The notes beneath the pieces are model-generated. The model was given only the letters and a program-made list of their open reading frames with translations. It did not search any database and had not been told where the DNA came from. The position numbers and the translations under genes were made by a program. Below, piece by piece: positions 56,039 through 64,000 of a stretch of DNA of 64,000 nucleotides (the first letter of the stretch is position 1; each line of letters starts with the position of its first letter). The DNA is from an uncultured Anaerobiospirillum sp. (GTDB taxonomy: Bacteria > Pseudomonadota > Gammaproteobacteria > Enterobacterales > Succinivibrionaceae). The stretch lies in NCBI GenBank assembly GCA_944392765.1, contig CALXXU010000004.1, positions 1-64,000 on the forward strand, written 5' to 3'.

Positions 56039-56506
56039 CTAGTGCGCGGCCGAAACTTCAGGCGCGGCCAAAATACGCTCGACCAAGGCGGCGTCCTCAC
56101 CCCAGCCTAGTGCCTCTAAGGCACAGTCGATGGGCTCAGGTGGGCGTTTAAACTCAGCGGCGCGCACGATTGCAAGATAGGACGGAGCCTTAGCGCCTCG
56201 GCGCTGATAGCGGGGCTCATGGCACAGCACAGCATCAGCCGCTGCTTGCGGCGCGACGCCATCCTTGACCCGCGCCCAGAAATCATCGGAGGACAGGAAC
56301 TCCTCACATTGCGCGCATGACTTGGTATCAAAGAGCGCGCGATAGCCGGGGTTGAGCCGCTCCAAGTAGAGCTGAACCTCAGGCCAGCACGGGTTAAGGG
56401 CAAAACACAGTGGAAGGCCCTGACTCTCAAGGCGGTTCTGACTCTCAGCACAGCGCTGATACTGCTTGCTGCGACTGCGCAGCTGACGATGCTTACGCTT
56501 ACTCAT
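56039..56506 (-). CDS. small protein with arginine-rich N-terminus, paralog 3
   Basis: MSKRKHRQLRSRSKQYQR...; 155 aa. Its start overlaps the end of the upstream ORF. Confidence 0.55.
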   Translation of the reverse strand: MSKRKHRQLRSRSKQYQRCAESQNRLESQGLPLCFALNPCWPEVQLYLERLNPGYRALFDTKSCAQCEEFLSSDDFWARVKDGVAPQAAADAVLCHEPRYQRRGAKAPSYLAIVRAAEFKRPPEPIDCALEALGWGEDAALVERILAAPEVSAAH

Positions 56507-56816
56507 ATAAACGTGGTCCTAAGATCAGAGACAAAGTGAGGAGCGGGAACTTGTGATTCCACGCAATTGCTTCGGCGGGAAAGTTGTCGGGGTGAAAGGT
56601 CTGATGGTGTCGGCCCATAAGCTTGCGCAACGTGCCATACTGAGGCACTTGCGGGCAGAGCTCCGTGCTATAGAAGGGCTCTGTGACGCCTGTGCTGACG
56701 GGGTGCAGCAGGGCTGCATGCGCCTTACGGGCGGCACGACGCGTTTGCTGCGCCTTGCGGGCGGCACGACGCGTTTGCAGCGCCTTGCGGTTTTGCTGGT
56801 TATGCTTGGTCTTCAT
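56499..56816 (-). CDS. small protein with arginine-rich N-terminus, paralog 2
   Basis: From ATG 56816 (SD gggag): MKTKHNQQNRKALQTRRAARKAQQTRRAARKAH... It contains a 30-bp in-frame tandem duplication at about 56721-56790. Confidence 0.55.
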   Translation of the reverse strand: MKTKHNQQNRKALQTRRAARKAQQTRRAARKAHAALLHPVSTGVTEPFYSTELCPQVPQYGTLRKLMGRHHQTFHPDNFPAEAIAWNHKFPLLTLSLILGPRLYE

Positions 56817-56874
56817 AGGACAAACTCCCAATAAACGAAAAGAGAACGAAGGAGAACGAGCGAGATGAGCCGAA

Positions 56875-57135
56875 CTAGCCCAGCCAAAAGCGCGATGGCA
56901 CCAAGTCGAGGCCTACGACTTCGTGATGGCGCTCAAAGGACCTGACGCTCCGGGAATGGACTTTTCCCAACTGCGTAAAACCGTTGAACTGAACAGACTC
57001 CGGCGCAGAGGACTCAGTCTTGAGGGCGAACACGGCCTTGAGTGCAGACGCGGCCTTGAACGCAGCGCGCTCCTTACGAGCAGCCCGGCGTAACTCGTGG
57101 GTCCTAAGGTTTTGGTGGCGGTAATTGGTCTTCAC
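56875..57135 (-). CDS. small protein with arginine-rich N-terminus, paralog 1
   Basis: From GTG 57135 (ggag ~10 nt upstream): (M)KTNYRHQNLRTHELRRAARKERAAFKA..., which aligns residue-for-residue with paralog 2. The start is uncertain (TTG 57150 in the track). Confidence 0.5.
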   Translation of the reverse strand: MKTNYRHQNLRTHELRRAARKERAAFKAASALKAVFALKTESSAPESVQFNGFTQLGKVHSRSVRSFERHHEVVGLDLVPSRFWLG

Positions 57136-57163
57136 AGCAAACAGCTCCAAACGAAGAAGGGAC

Positions 57164-58153
57164 TTAAGCGCACAGGTGGGTGCCGTAGGCAGTCAAGGTT
57201 TGCGGCGCAGCGGCCAAGGCTTTAGCGATCCGACTGTCACGGGCCAGCCACGCAAGCAAAGCATGGTGGTGTTGATAAGCTAGGCTCGCGCGCAAGGAGG
57301 CCAAGGGTGAATGCTGGGCAAAGAGCTCATGCGAGGCGTCATGGGTCAGAACAGCCGTAAGCTCAGTTAAGGGGCAGAGCTGGTTTTGGGCTAAGAAGGC
57401 GCCATAGACCGGCGTGATGGCCTCAGGATTAAGGCAGAGCTGCAAGGCGTGGTTGGACGCAAGTGCCGTTGGCGTGGTTAAATCCAAGCCACGAAGTGAC
57501 TTCAGGGACTTAGCTAAAGCAGATTTAGCAGCGCACTGACCACCATAGGTGTTATGACCTGGCAGGCCATAAGACAAAGGACGCAGACCCAAGGCTTGGG
57601 CGTAGCACTGGCGTGGGATGTAATGGGAGCCATAAAACAGCGCCACCGGGTGGAACGGCGCTACCTGATGGAAGGTGATCGCTGCTTCGTACGGCGTATC
57701 AAAGGTCAGGTACGGCAGGCGTGGCTCGTAGCGCGCTTCACTAGGAGCCAAAGCCAAGGCGCTCACCATTAAGGCAGGCTCGGCGCTATTAACTACCGTG
57801 CGTTTTGCCGCTGGTACCCCCACTGGGGTAGGCAGCATGACGTAGCTGAGCTCAGGTTGCACCGCAAAGCCGGTCAGCACCAACTTGTGGCCAAAGTACT
57901 GGGCCAAAAGCGAGCGCAAGAGCGTATCAAGATCGCGATCGGCCACAGGGAAGATAAGGCGGGTGACCACAGCTTTCTTGGCAGGTGCCGCCGTGCCTGG
58001 GACTGACGGCAACATGCATTGAGCTGACGCTACGGTGTTCTTAGCAGGAGCGACGATCGCGCTGGCCAGCAAGCAATGCTGCTGAGAAGGTAAGAGGCCG
58101 ACGGCCAGTTCGGCCTTGAGTTGGGCGCCGCAGAGGCGTAATTGCGAGTACAT
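57164..58153 (-). CDS. hypothetical protein (329 aa), first gene of the operon
   Basis: The start is taken at Met51 of track ORF 57164..58303 (MYSQLRLCG...), because a strong hairpin plus T-run occupies the upstream part of the ORF. No family recognised. Confidence 0.5.
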   Translation of the reverse strand: MYSQLRLCGAQLKAELAVGLLPSQQHCLLASAIVAPAKNTVASAQCMLPSVPGTAAPAKKAVVTRLIFPVADRDLDTLLRSLLAQYFGHKLVLTGFAVQPELSYVMLPTPVGVPAAKRTVVNSAEPALMVSALALAPSEARYEPRLPYLTFDTPYEAAITFHQVAPFHPVALFYGSHYIPRQCYAQALGLRPLSYGLPGHNTYGGQCAAKSALAKSLKSLRGLDLTTPTALASNHALQLCLNPEAITPVYGAFLAQNQLCPLTELTAVLTHDASHELFAQHSPLASLRASLAYQHHHALLAWLARDSRIAKALAAAPQTLTAYGTHLCA

Positions 58154-58164
58154 AGTTTTTTTTC

Positions 58165-58200
58165 CCCGTAATAAAAAAGCCTCTGGATAAATCACAGAGG
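58165..58200 (-). terminator. terminator-like hairpin immediately upstream of the operon's first ATG (terminator or attenuator)
   Basis: Minus strand: gcctctg-tgatttatc-cagaggc followed by ttttttatt, ~12 nt before the ATG. Confidence 0.4.
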
Positions 58201-58793
58201 CTTTAACTAAATGAGAAGGAGCTTTCCTGTACTCAAATTTAGCAAACGACTTCGGAGCACCCGCGCGTAATAAAAAGCAAAACGCGCCTTGCTGTTGTAT
58301 CAATCAAAGCGCCAGCAAATGGCTAAGAAATCAGGATTAACAGCACATAATTCCCATACACCTGTACCACCAAACAAAGTGAGTAATCAAACACTAAAGA
58401 ACCCTGAAGCAATCAGGGATTAAGCCAAAAAGCAGCTCAAGAATTTTTCAATAGGCGTCACAAATGTAGCTAGCAAAGCGCAAGCAAAACGCTTAAACAA
58501 GCGAAAAATGCGACCTGCAAATCAATGAGAAATAAACTTGCAAAATTATGATCAAAATCATGTTTACGTAAAAGTTTAAGCGCGAAGTGCCCTGAGGCCA
58601 AAATATATCTAGAAAAGCACGCGAAGCCTTATGCCATCAGGCTTTGCGCACTCACCACGCACCAAATCACATAGTTACAACGTCGACCAAAGTGATGAAA
58701 AGGCCAGAAAAGCTGATATTTAAGCCAAAAACGCCACTAAAAGGGACAAATTCGGCCGCTTCGGCTGCAACTCGTTGCAAGTGCATTGTCGCC

Positions 58794-58969
58794 GATCGTT
58801 AGATCATCAGATCAAGCAGATCGCAGATCCACGGATCGCGGAGATCGGAGATCATCAGATCGCTCAGCTCACAAGGTTGCAGCTTACGCGGAGTGCCAGA
58901 TCACTGAGATCATCAGAGCGCGAGATCTCTGATCTCATCAGATAGCAGATCATGCAGATCGTGCAGATC
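58794..58969. repeat. dense GATC cluster / degenerate (c)agatc(n) short repeats
   Basis: I counted 16 GATC tetramers in ~176 bp, mostly as cagatc or gagatc, in the spacer between the operon and the flagellin gene. Confidence 0.85.
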
Positions 58970-60134
58970 GTCGGTTTGCCACTATAAGAGCACTCTATGG
59001 TTGCTCTGAAGCGGAGGCAACCTTTGGGGCAGGAGCCTACCTACTGGATCTCAGAAGAAGCGATCTATGGCTGCTATGAACAGGCGGCAAGCTTAGGTCG
59101 GGTTGATACCTACAGCGCAAAGACCTGCCCACGGTCGCAAGCGAGCGACGCGCTGAAACCGTCGTGAAGGGAATAGTCTTAGCCTTAAGCGGCTACGGAA
59201 TTGTGCTTACCTGACCATCGAGCAAGCGTCAGTCAGGCCTAAGTCAAGCACATCAAAGGGCGGATTTGGCGCACAGGGGCAAGCTTTCCTAGTCAACAAC
59301 TTTCTAGTACCTGCTCTAATCTTAGCTGGTACTGCTATCAAGAAGATCGCCCTGAGACCACTCAGCTCAACCCCTAGCCTAATGAAGCTCAGGCCTCTTA
59401 CACCCAAGAACACATTTAATGAAGTTAATTCGATACTCATCGCATTTCCTAGTCAACTAAAATCTTTCAAAAAGCAATAAAGTCAGCTTGATAGCTGCTG
59501 CATCCCTTATAACAAGCCATTTCCACTCTAAGACTGTGTGTATCTATACCGATTACACGCAAACCCCGCTTTTACTCACAAGCTGCATTAAACGGCTGAT
59601 TTATCGCATTTTATTAAACTTCAAGCTGATGATGGAGAACAATGCTCGTAGCAAAAATTTTTTCTTGCCTGGGCCTAAAGTTTGGGTAAGGACACGCAAA
59701 CAGCCCAACATTTTGGTCATTTTTGGCTTACTTATGCGGTTTTACTCTTTAATCTAAAGTTTAGATCAAAGCTGAGATTTAGAGGCTAGTTGTAACTATT
59801 GATCTATCGTCTAGGCTTGATTCTATCTTGGTTTACACAAGATCACACAACGATCATTAAACATCGTAGCCCACGGCTCGTTAACTAAGGTGTCAGATGC
59901 AGAAATGCATAAGAACTTCGACATTAAGTCGCAACCGGGAAATCAAAACCAGCATGGGACGGCAGTTTGTTGCACGGCGCCATGATGGTGTTCTTACTCA
60001 AGGCACGCAAAGGCTGGTCAGAGCCTGAGCATGGTTGGTCAGAACCTAGCTGATGGTAAGAGCAAGCTTTTGTGTGACTTAGTGCTGCTCATGGGCCAAA
60101 AGCCCTGAACTTAGAGCAATAAGAGGAACTCAAA

Positions 60135-61046
60135 ATGGCAGTTTATGTAAATACTAACGTATCGTCCTTAAATGGCCAGCGTTACCTGAACAACGTTCAG
60201 AACAGCCTGAACACCACCTACACCCGTCTTTCTTCGGGCTTACGCATCAACTCCGCTAAGGATGACTCCGCAGGCCTCCAGATCGCCGACCGCTTAACCT
60301 CCCAGATCAACGGCTTAAACCAAGGCAACCGTAATGCTAACGACGGTATCGCTTTAGCTCAGACCGTTGAAGGCGGCCTCGACGAAATCTCGAACATGCT
60401 GCAACGCATTCGTACCTTAGCAGTTCAATCCTCTAACGGTACCTTAGGTGACGATGATCGTGAGTCGATCCAAAACGAGGTTACCGCCTTAACTGATGAA
60501 ATCACCCGTATCGCTGAGCAAACCACCTTTGGTGGCAAGAAGATTTTAATGGGCTACAACGGTGGTGATTCCATTTACGGTACCACTGCTAAAACCCAAC
60601 CTGGCGCTGGTGCTACCAAGGCTGGTCTGATTCTGCACGTTGGTGCAAACCAAGACGACACCATCAACATGGAAGTCTACAGCTTCCAGTTCACCAAGTT
60701 AGCCAATGCAGCAGGCTTAGCTGGCACTGACCTCAATGGCAAGACCTTCTCGGTCAGCACCCAATGCGCAGCTAACCGCACCATCACCTCGATCGACGCT
60801 ATGATCGATGTTGTTGACTCGCAGCGTGCTGAGTTAGGTGCTATCCAGAACCGCTTAGAGTCCTCGATCCGCAACCAGTCCAATGTCTCCGCTAACTCCG
60901 CTGATGCACGTTCGCGTATCCGTGACGCAGACTTCGCCGAGGAGTCCGCTAACCTGTCGCAACAGTCCATCATCCAGCAGGCTGCTACCTCCATGCTGAT
61001 GCAGGCTAACACCCGTCCTCAGCTGGCCCTCTCGATGTTAGGTTAA
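60135..61046 (+). CDS. fliC: flagellin (short, 303 aa)
   Basis: MAVYVNTNVSSLNGQRYLN...LSSGLRINSAKDDSAGLQIADRL...N.NDGIALAQT.EG.L.E....LQRIR.LAVQS.NGT... C-terminal LGAIQNRLES...ADFAEESANLS...QAATSMLMQAN. SD aagagga is present. Confidence 0.93.
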   Translation: MAVYVNTNVSSLNGQRYLNNVQNSLNTTYTRLSSGLRINSAKDDSAGLQIADRLTSQINGLNQGNRNANDGIALAQTVEGGLDEISNMLQRIRTLAVQSSNGTLGDDDRESIQNEVTALTDEITRIAEQTTFGGKKILMGYNGGDSIYGTTAKTQPGAGATKAGLILHVGANQDDTINMEVYSFQFTKLANAAGLAGTDLNGKTFSVSTQCAANRTITSIDAMIDVVDSQRAELGAIQNRLESSIRNQSNVSANSADARSRIRDADFAEESANLSQQSIIQQAATSMLMQANTRPQLALSMLG

Positions 61047-61113
61047 TAGATTTAGGGTAGCCCCCAAAATCTAATTCTCTAACTGAGATGACTTAGGACC
61101 TAAGGTCCTACGA

Positions 61114-61146
61114 AAGCCTGGCCCGCTTCAGCTGGTCAGGCTTTTG
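61114..61146 (+). terminator. rho-independent terminator after the flagellin gene
   Basis: aagcctg-gcccgcttcagctggt-caggctt followed by ttg. Confidence 0.5.
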
Positions 61147-61363
61147 TGCACCCGCGCGCCACGCAGTGCAATGCACGTACAGCGCGGCACACACGCTCCT
61201 GATTCACTGAGGCCCAGAGTTCCGCCTCAGCTAACCATCTCAGAGCCAAGCAAAATCGTTACTGCCGCAAGCTTATGCTTGCCTGCTTGGCATGAGCCTA
61301 AGCTCCGACGTTTCGAGTGGTCGGAGCTTATTTTTTGCTTTTTTCATAGATACAACTTTAAGT

Positions 61364-61396
61364 TAACAAAAACCCCGGCGATGAGGCACGGGGTTT
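61364..61396 (-). terminator. rho-independent terminator after flgN
   Basis: Minus strand: aaccccg-tgcctcatcgc-cggggtt followed by tttgtt. Confidence 0.6.
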
Positions 61397-61430
61397 GGTT
61401 GCGCCAAGGCTTTTGCCTAAACTTTTGTGC

Positions 61431-61907
61431 TTAGGCGTTGATGTTAACGCGCAGTGGGCTGGTAGCAGTGGTATTGCCCTTATCGGTGTAGGTCATATTG
61501 CGCGAGTACTTGTCGCGCGACTGCATCAGCACGTCGTAGAGGCGCTTGTTGGCCGATAAGGACAGCGTGATGAGCTTGCCATTGGTCTCGTTCATCATCT
61601 TGCACTTGGCCAGCTTCTCTTTAATCTGAGCGACGCGCTCTGGGTACTTGGTCTTAAGCTGCGCCGACTCCGGATGGAGCTTGATGCGCTGGTCGTTGGC
61701 CTGGAGCTTGAGCATAAAGGACGATTTGTCCTCGGCAATCGTCTCGAGCTCTTCGAGGCGACGCTCCTTAATGGCGTTGTACTCGCGCGCCAGAATCTTA
61801 ATGACATTGTCTAAGATGGCATCTTGGTCATTGAGGTAATCGACCAAGGTCTTAACCACCGGAACCGCCTTGCGGTTGAGCGATCGGATCGGACGGCGTG
61901 CAATCAT
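61431..61907 (-). CDS. flgN: FlgN-like flagellar export chaperone
   Basis: 158 aa, helical. LVDYLNDQDAILDNVIKILAREYNAIKERRLEELETIAEDKSSFMLKLQ... matches FlgN family layout, and the gene is in a flagellar context. SD gagagg is present. Confidence 0.6.
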   Translation of the reverse strand: MIARRPIRSLNRKAVPVVKTLVDYLNDQDAILDNVIKILAREYNAIKERRLEELETIAEDKSSFMLKLQANDQRIKLHPESAQLKTKYPERVAQIKEKLAKCKMMNETNGKLITLSLSANKRLYDVLMQSRDKYSRNMTYTDKGNTTATSPLRVNINA

Positions 61908-62305
61908 TGAAAACCTCTCACTACCTTAATGGCCCTGCGGGCAGCGCCCGCTCCTGCCCCAAACGGCAAAAATCATCCTGCGCCCTGCCGCTATCTCAGC
62001 AGTACCGCCCCTATTCCAGCCTTCAGACTAGACTATACCGCTCTAATACAAGCTTTGCGCCTATTTTGGGCGGAATGACTCTAGTGCTGGCTACTTAGCT
62101 CAAGCTTTACACCTACTTTCAGCTCTACGCCTCACGGCAGCAGCAAAGGCGGCACTGAGCGCGCTCTAATCTTACCATGGCTCAGAAAATTAAGCCCAGA
62201 GCCCTAGGCTTTTGGCCCAAAACTCCAGGCTGGGCATCGATTAAGATGCCTTGAGCTTAGCGCTCCGTTCTTTTTTAGCTGGTAACGCTAAGCGTGCTTT
62301 CGTGG

Positions 62306-62773
62306 TTAGAACACACCACGGATTTGATAGAGGTCGTACAGGCGCTTGGTATCAAGCTCCAGCTCGGTGACGTAGGTGTCGCCAATTGGGTACTGACGCA
62401 CCACGCGCGCACCGTGCACCATGCCCTCAACCTCGGTGGTTAAGGTGTCCGAGCGCTCGACCGTATTGCCATTGCGGTTCTGTGCCTTAACGTAGACGCC
62501 CACTAACTGCTCGGTGAGCTCACGATAGGCTTCCATCTTGGAAGCGCGCATGGCGTTGATCTGCTTTTCGGTGGAAGTCGCACCCTTTTGCTTGGAGAGC
62601 ACGGCATAGCCCGAAGCCCGCAAAATTGGGTACTGGTCGATGTCATTGACGCCGGTGTCGGTGTAGTGAACCGCCATCGAGGCATTGCGCATCATGCTCG
62701 AGCAGCCTGAGGATCCCAAGGCCAGCGCTGCAGCTGCTACGCTCAAAGCTGCTACGGCCAGACACTTTCTCAT
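62306..62773 (-). CDS. flgP: LPP20-family flagellar lipoprotein (FlgP-like)
   Basis: Lipobox LGSSGC. The sequence ILRASGYAVLSKQKGATSTEKQINAMRASKMEAYRELTEQLVGVYV...VEGMVHGARVV...GDTYVTELELD has the LPP20/FlgP pattern. It lies downstream of the FlgO-like gene, as in Vibrio flgOP. Confidence 0.7.
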   Translation of the reverse strand: MRKCLAVAALSVAAAALALGSSGCSSMMRNASMAVHYTDTGVNDIDQYPILRASGYAVLSKQKGATSTEKQINAMRASKMEAYRELTEQLVGVYVKAQNRNGNTVERSDTLTTEVEGMVHGARVVRQYPIGDTYVTELELDTKRLYDLYQIRGVF

Positions 62774-62787
62774 CTTCTACTCCTCGG

Positions 62788-64000
62788 TTACTCGCTATAA
62801 CGTTGGTAATTGCTCTCGTCAGCAGTGTCGCGCACTAACATCGTATTGTGCACGTAGCTGCTGGCTGGATAGACCACTGGGTCGACGTCATCGCCGAAGC
62901 TGTTGATCCAAGTGGCGGTGGCTGAACCTGACTTCTCCATGCGGTACTTATCGTAAGTACCACGGGAGGTCGCACCGACAACCACGTCCTTGGTGAAACG
63001 TGGGTCACTCTGGCGCATCTGCTCAATGCGATCGGCATCGCTCATATAGGCGTTGTTAGCAGGCTGGCCCATCGCGGCGGCAGCGGTACCACTGTAGGTG
63101 GTTGTGGTCGTGATGACACGGCCATCAGGCTCGGTGACCGTGGTAATGGTGCTAGCCGAGTTTGGGTCGCTATAGGCTAAGAAGACGCCACCTAAAGGCT
63201 GGCCGCTCGCGGAGCGTACCTGGGCCTTGGTTAAGGTATTAGCAGTGCTTTGGCGCTCCACCCCATGAACCTGCAAAGCCGAAGTTCTGGTATTGGCGTT
63301 GGTGCCTGCTAATTGGCCCTGGTAGATGCGGATTAAATCTGGGCTCAGATAATTCTTGGTACCGGTGAAAGCGCAGTTCTTTTGCGCAGTACGGTAGCAA
63401 TTAGGCAAGAGGGAATAAGGGATGATGTCGGTCGCGGTCGCTACCGTCTGGCGGGTCTGCATGTTCACGATGCGTGCAACCACCACCACGCCATCCTTAT
63501 TGCGGGTCATGGTACCGCCCAAGAGATACTTCACATGAGTATCGCTGGCAATTTTCTTCCAGTCGCGCGAGAAGATGTAGTCGCCATCCTTGGAGACAGC
63601 TAATTTGCCCGTGAGCTTGTACTCGGTGACCTCGAAGGCGCGGCTGCTCATTTCGTGCGTGAACATTTCAGCTAATGCACGGCCTAAATAGCCCGAATCT
63701 TCGTAGGTATCAGTATCCACAAATGCGGTTAAAGCAAGGCGTGGCATGGTCACGATTTTGACATTGCCATTAGCGGAGCTGCGGTCAATTGGGGCATCAG
63801 GCAGCAAATAGTAGAACATGTTTTGCTGCAGAGTATCTGCCATACGTGACGCGATAGTGCTCATCTCCATACCGCGTTGCATATAGACGCTGCTATCGCC
63901 TTGAGTGTGAGCACCCTCAACCTGAGCAGTCGTACCATTGTTGCGGCTAACATTGGTGCTGGTGCAGGCTGGGAGTAACAAGCTCGCGCAAAGGGCGACG
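62788..64000 (-). CDS. flgO: FlgO-like lipoprotein with long C-terminal extension (5' end outside window)
   Basis: The reading frame stays open to the window edge: ...VALCASLLLPAC TS gives a lipobox. LALTAFVDTDTYEDSGYLGRALAEMFTHEMSSRAFEVTEYKLTG...YLLGGTMTRNKDGVVVVARIVNMQT resembles the FlgO/LpoB-like fold pattern. The call also rests on position upstream of flgP. Confidence 0.5.
   Translation of the reverse strand, partial: VALCASLLLPACTSTNVSRNNGTTAQVEGAHTQGDSSVYMQRGMEMSTIASRMADTLQQNMFYYLLPDAPIDRSSANGNVKIVTMPRLALTAFVDTDTYEDSGYLGRALAEMFTHEMSSRAFEVTEYKLTGKLAVSKDGDYIFSRDWKKIASDTHVKYLLGGTMTRNKDGVVVVARIVNMQTRQTVATATDIIPYSLLPNCYRTAQKNCAFTGTKNYLSPDLIRIYQGQLAGTNANTRTSALQVHGVERQSTANTLTKAQVRSASGQPLGGVFLAYSDPNSASTITTVTEPDGRVITTTTTYSGTAAAAMGQPANNAYMSDADRIEQMRQSDPRFTKDVVVGATSRGTYDKYRMEKSGSATATWINSFGDDVDPVVYPASSYVHNTMLVRDTADESNYQRYSE

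Noticed and set aside
50560-59200. Calling the GC-rich block a prophage, ICE or genomic island (mobile_element feature)
   Set aside because: No integrase, recombinase, transposase, tRNA target, phage structural gene or flanking direct repeats were recognised. Only a compositional impression supports acquisition, so it is reported as a finding, not annotated as a mobile element.
59207-59757. 77-aa (minus) and 89-aa (plus) ORFs in the AT-rich part of the operon-flagellin spacer
   Set aside because: They have no SD, alternative start codons, a composition typical of non-coding AT-rich DNA, and no recognisable motifs.
59755-59790. Sigma-28 promoter for the flagellin gene (perfect TAAAGTTT -35-like box)
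   Set aside because: Nothing resembling GCCGATAA lies at the required 11-15-nt spacing downstream (gagattta), and the box is ~375 nt from the ATG. A second partial match at about 58567-58595 (aaagttt-N11-gccctgag) is also weak and 1.5 kb away. No flagellin promoter could be supported.

Overview
By gene content this looks like a chromosomal window from a gammaproteobacterium with a Vibrio/Aeromonas-type polar-flagellum locus. That locus comprises cheV-cheR, flgBC, flgD, flgFGHI, flgA-flgM, a flagellin gene, flgN and flgO-flgP. Housekeeping genes are also present: valS (partial), proS, mpl, apbE with an NqrM-like gene, mglBAC, two tandem O-acetylhomoserine sulfhydrylase genes, a GNAT and an orphan amino-acid binding protein. 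The coding blocks are separated by unusually long, GC-rich, repeat-laden spacers (about 0.6-2 kb). No rRNA, tRNA, CRISPR array, integrase or transposase was recognised by eye. There are four accessory blocks. (1) A 2377-aa type Va autotransporter behind a 1.36-kb ORF-free leader. It is followed by an array of 3.5 diverged paralogous genes whose conserved C-terminal core and PEQIAVLTGI tail resemble the C-terminal half of encapsulin/HK97-fold shell proteins (motif level, from memory). (2) A divergent pair of PF09820-type predicted AAA-ATPase paralogs plus a degenerate nuclease-like ORF. (3) An islet upstream of flgI with two tandem modules, each encoding a 31-aa hydrophobic peptide (type I toxin-like). 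(4) A visibly GC-richer eight-gene minus-strand operon (about 50.7-58.2 kb) wedged between flgM and the flagellin gene. My top candidate for an undescribed system is block 4. Its only recognisable component is a CobS-like AAA+ ATPase with large extensions. The operon also holds four paralogous small proteins with arginine-rich N-termini, a 1-TM protein and two large orphan proteins, with no vWA/CobT partner. The paralog array in block 1 is second. Coordinates of non-ORF features were read by eye and may be off by 1-2 nt.
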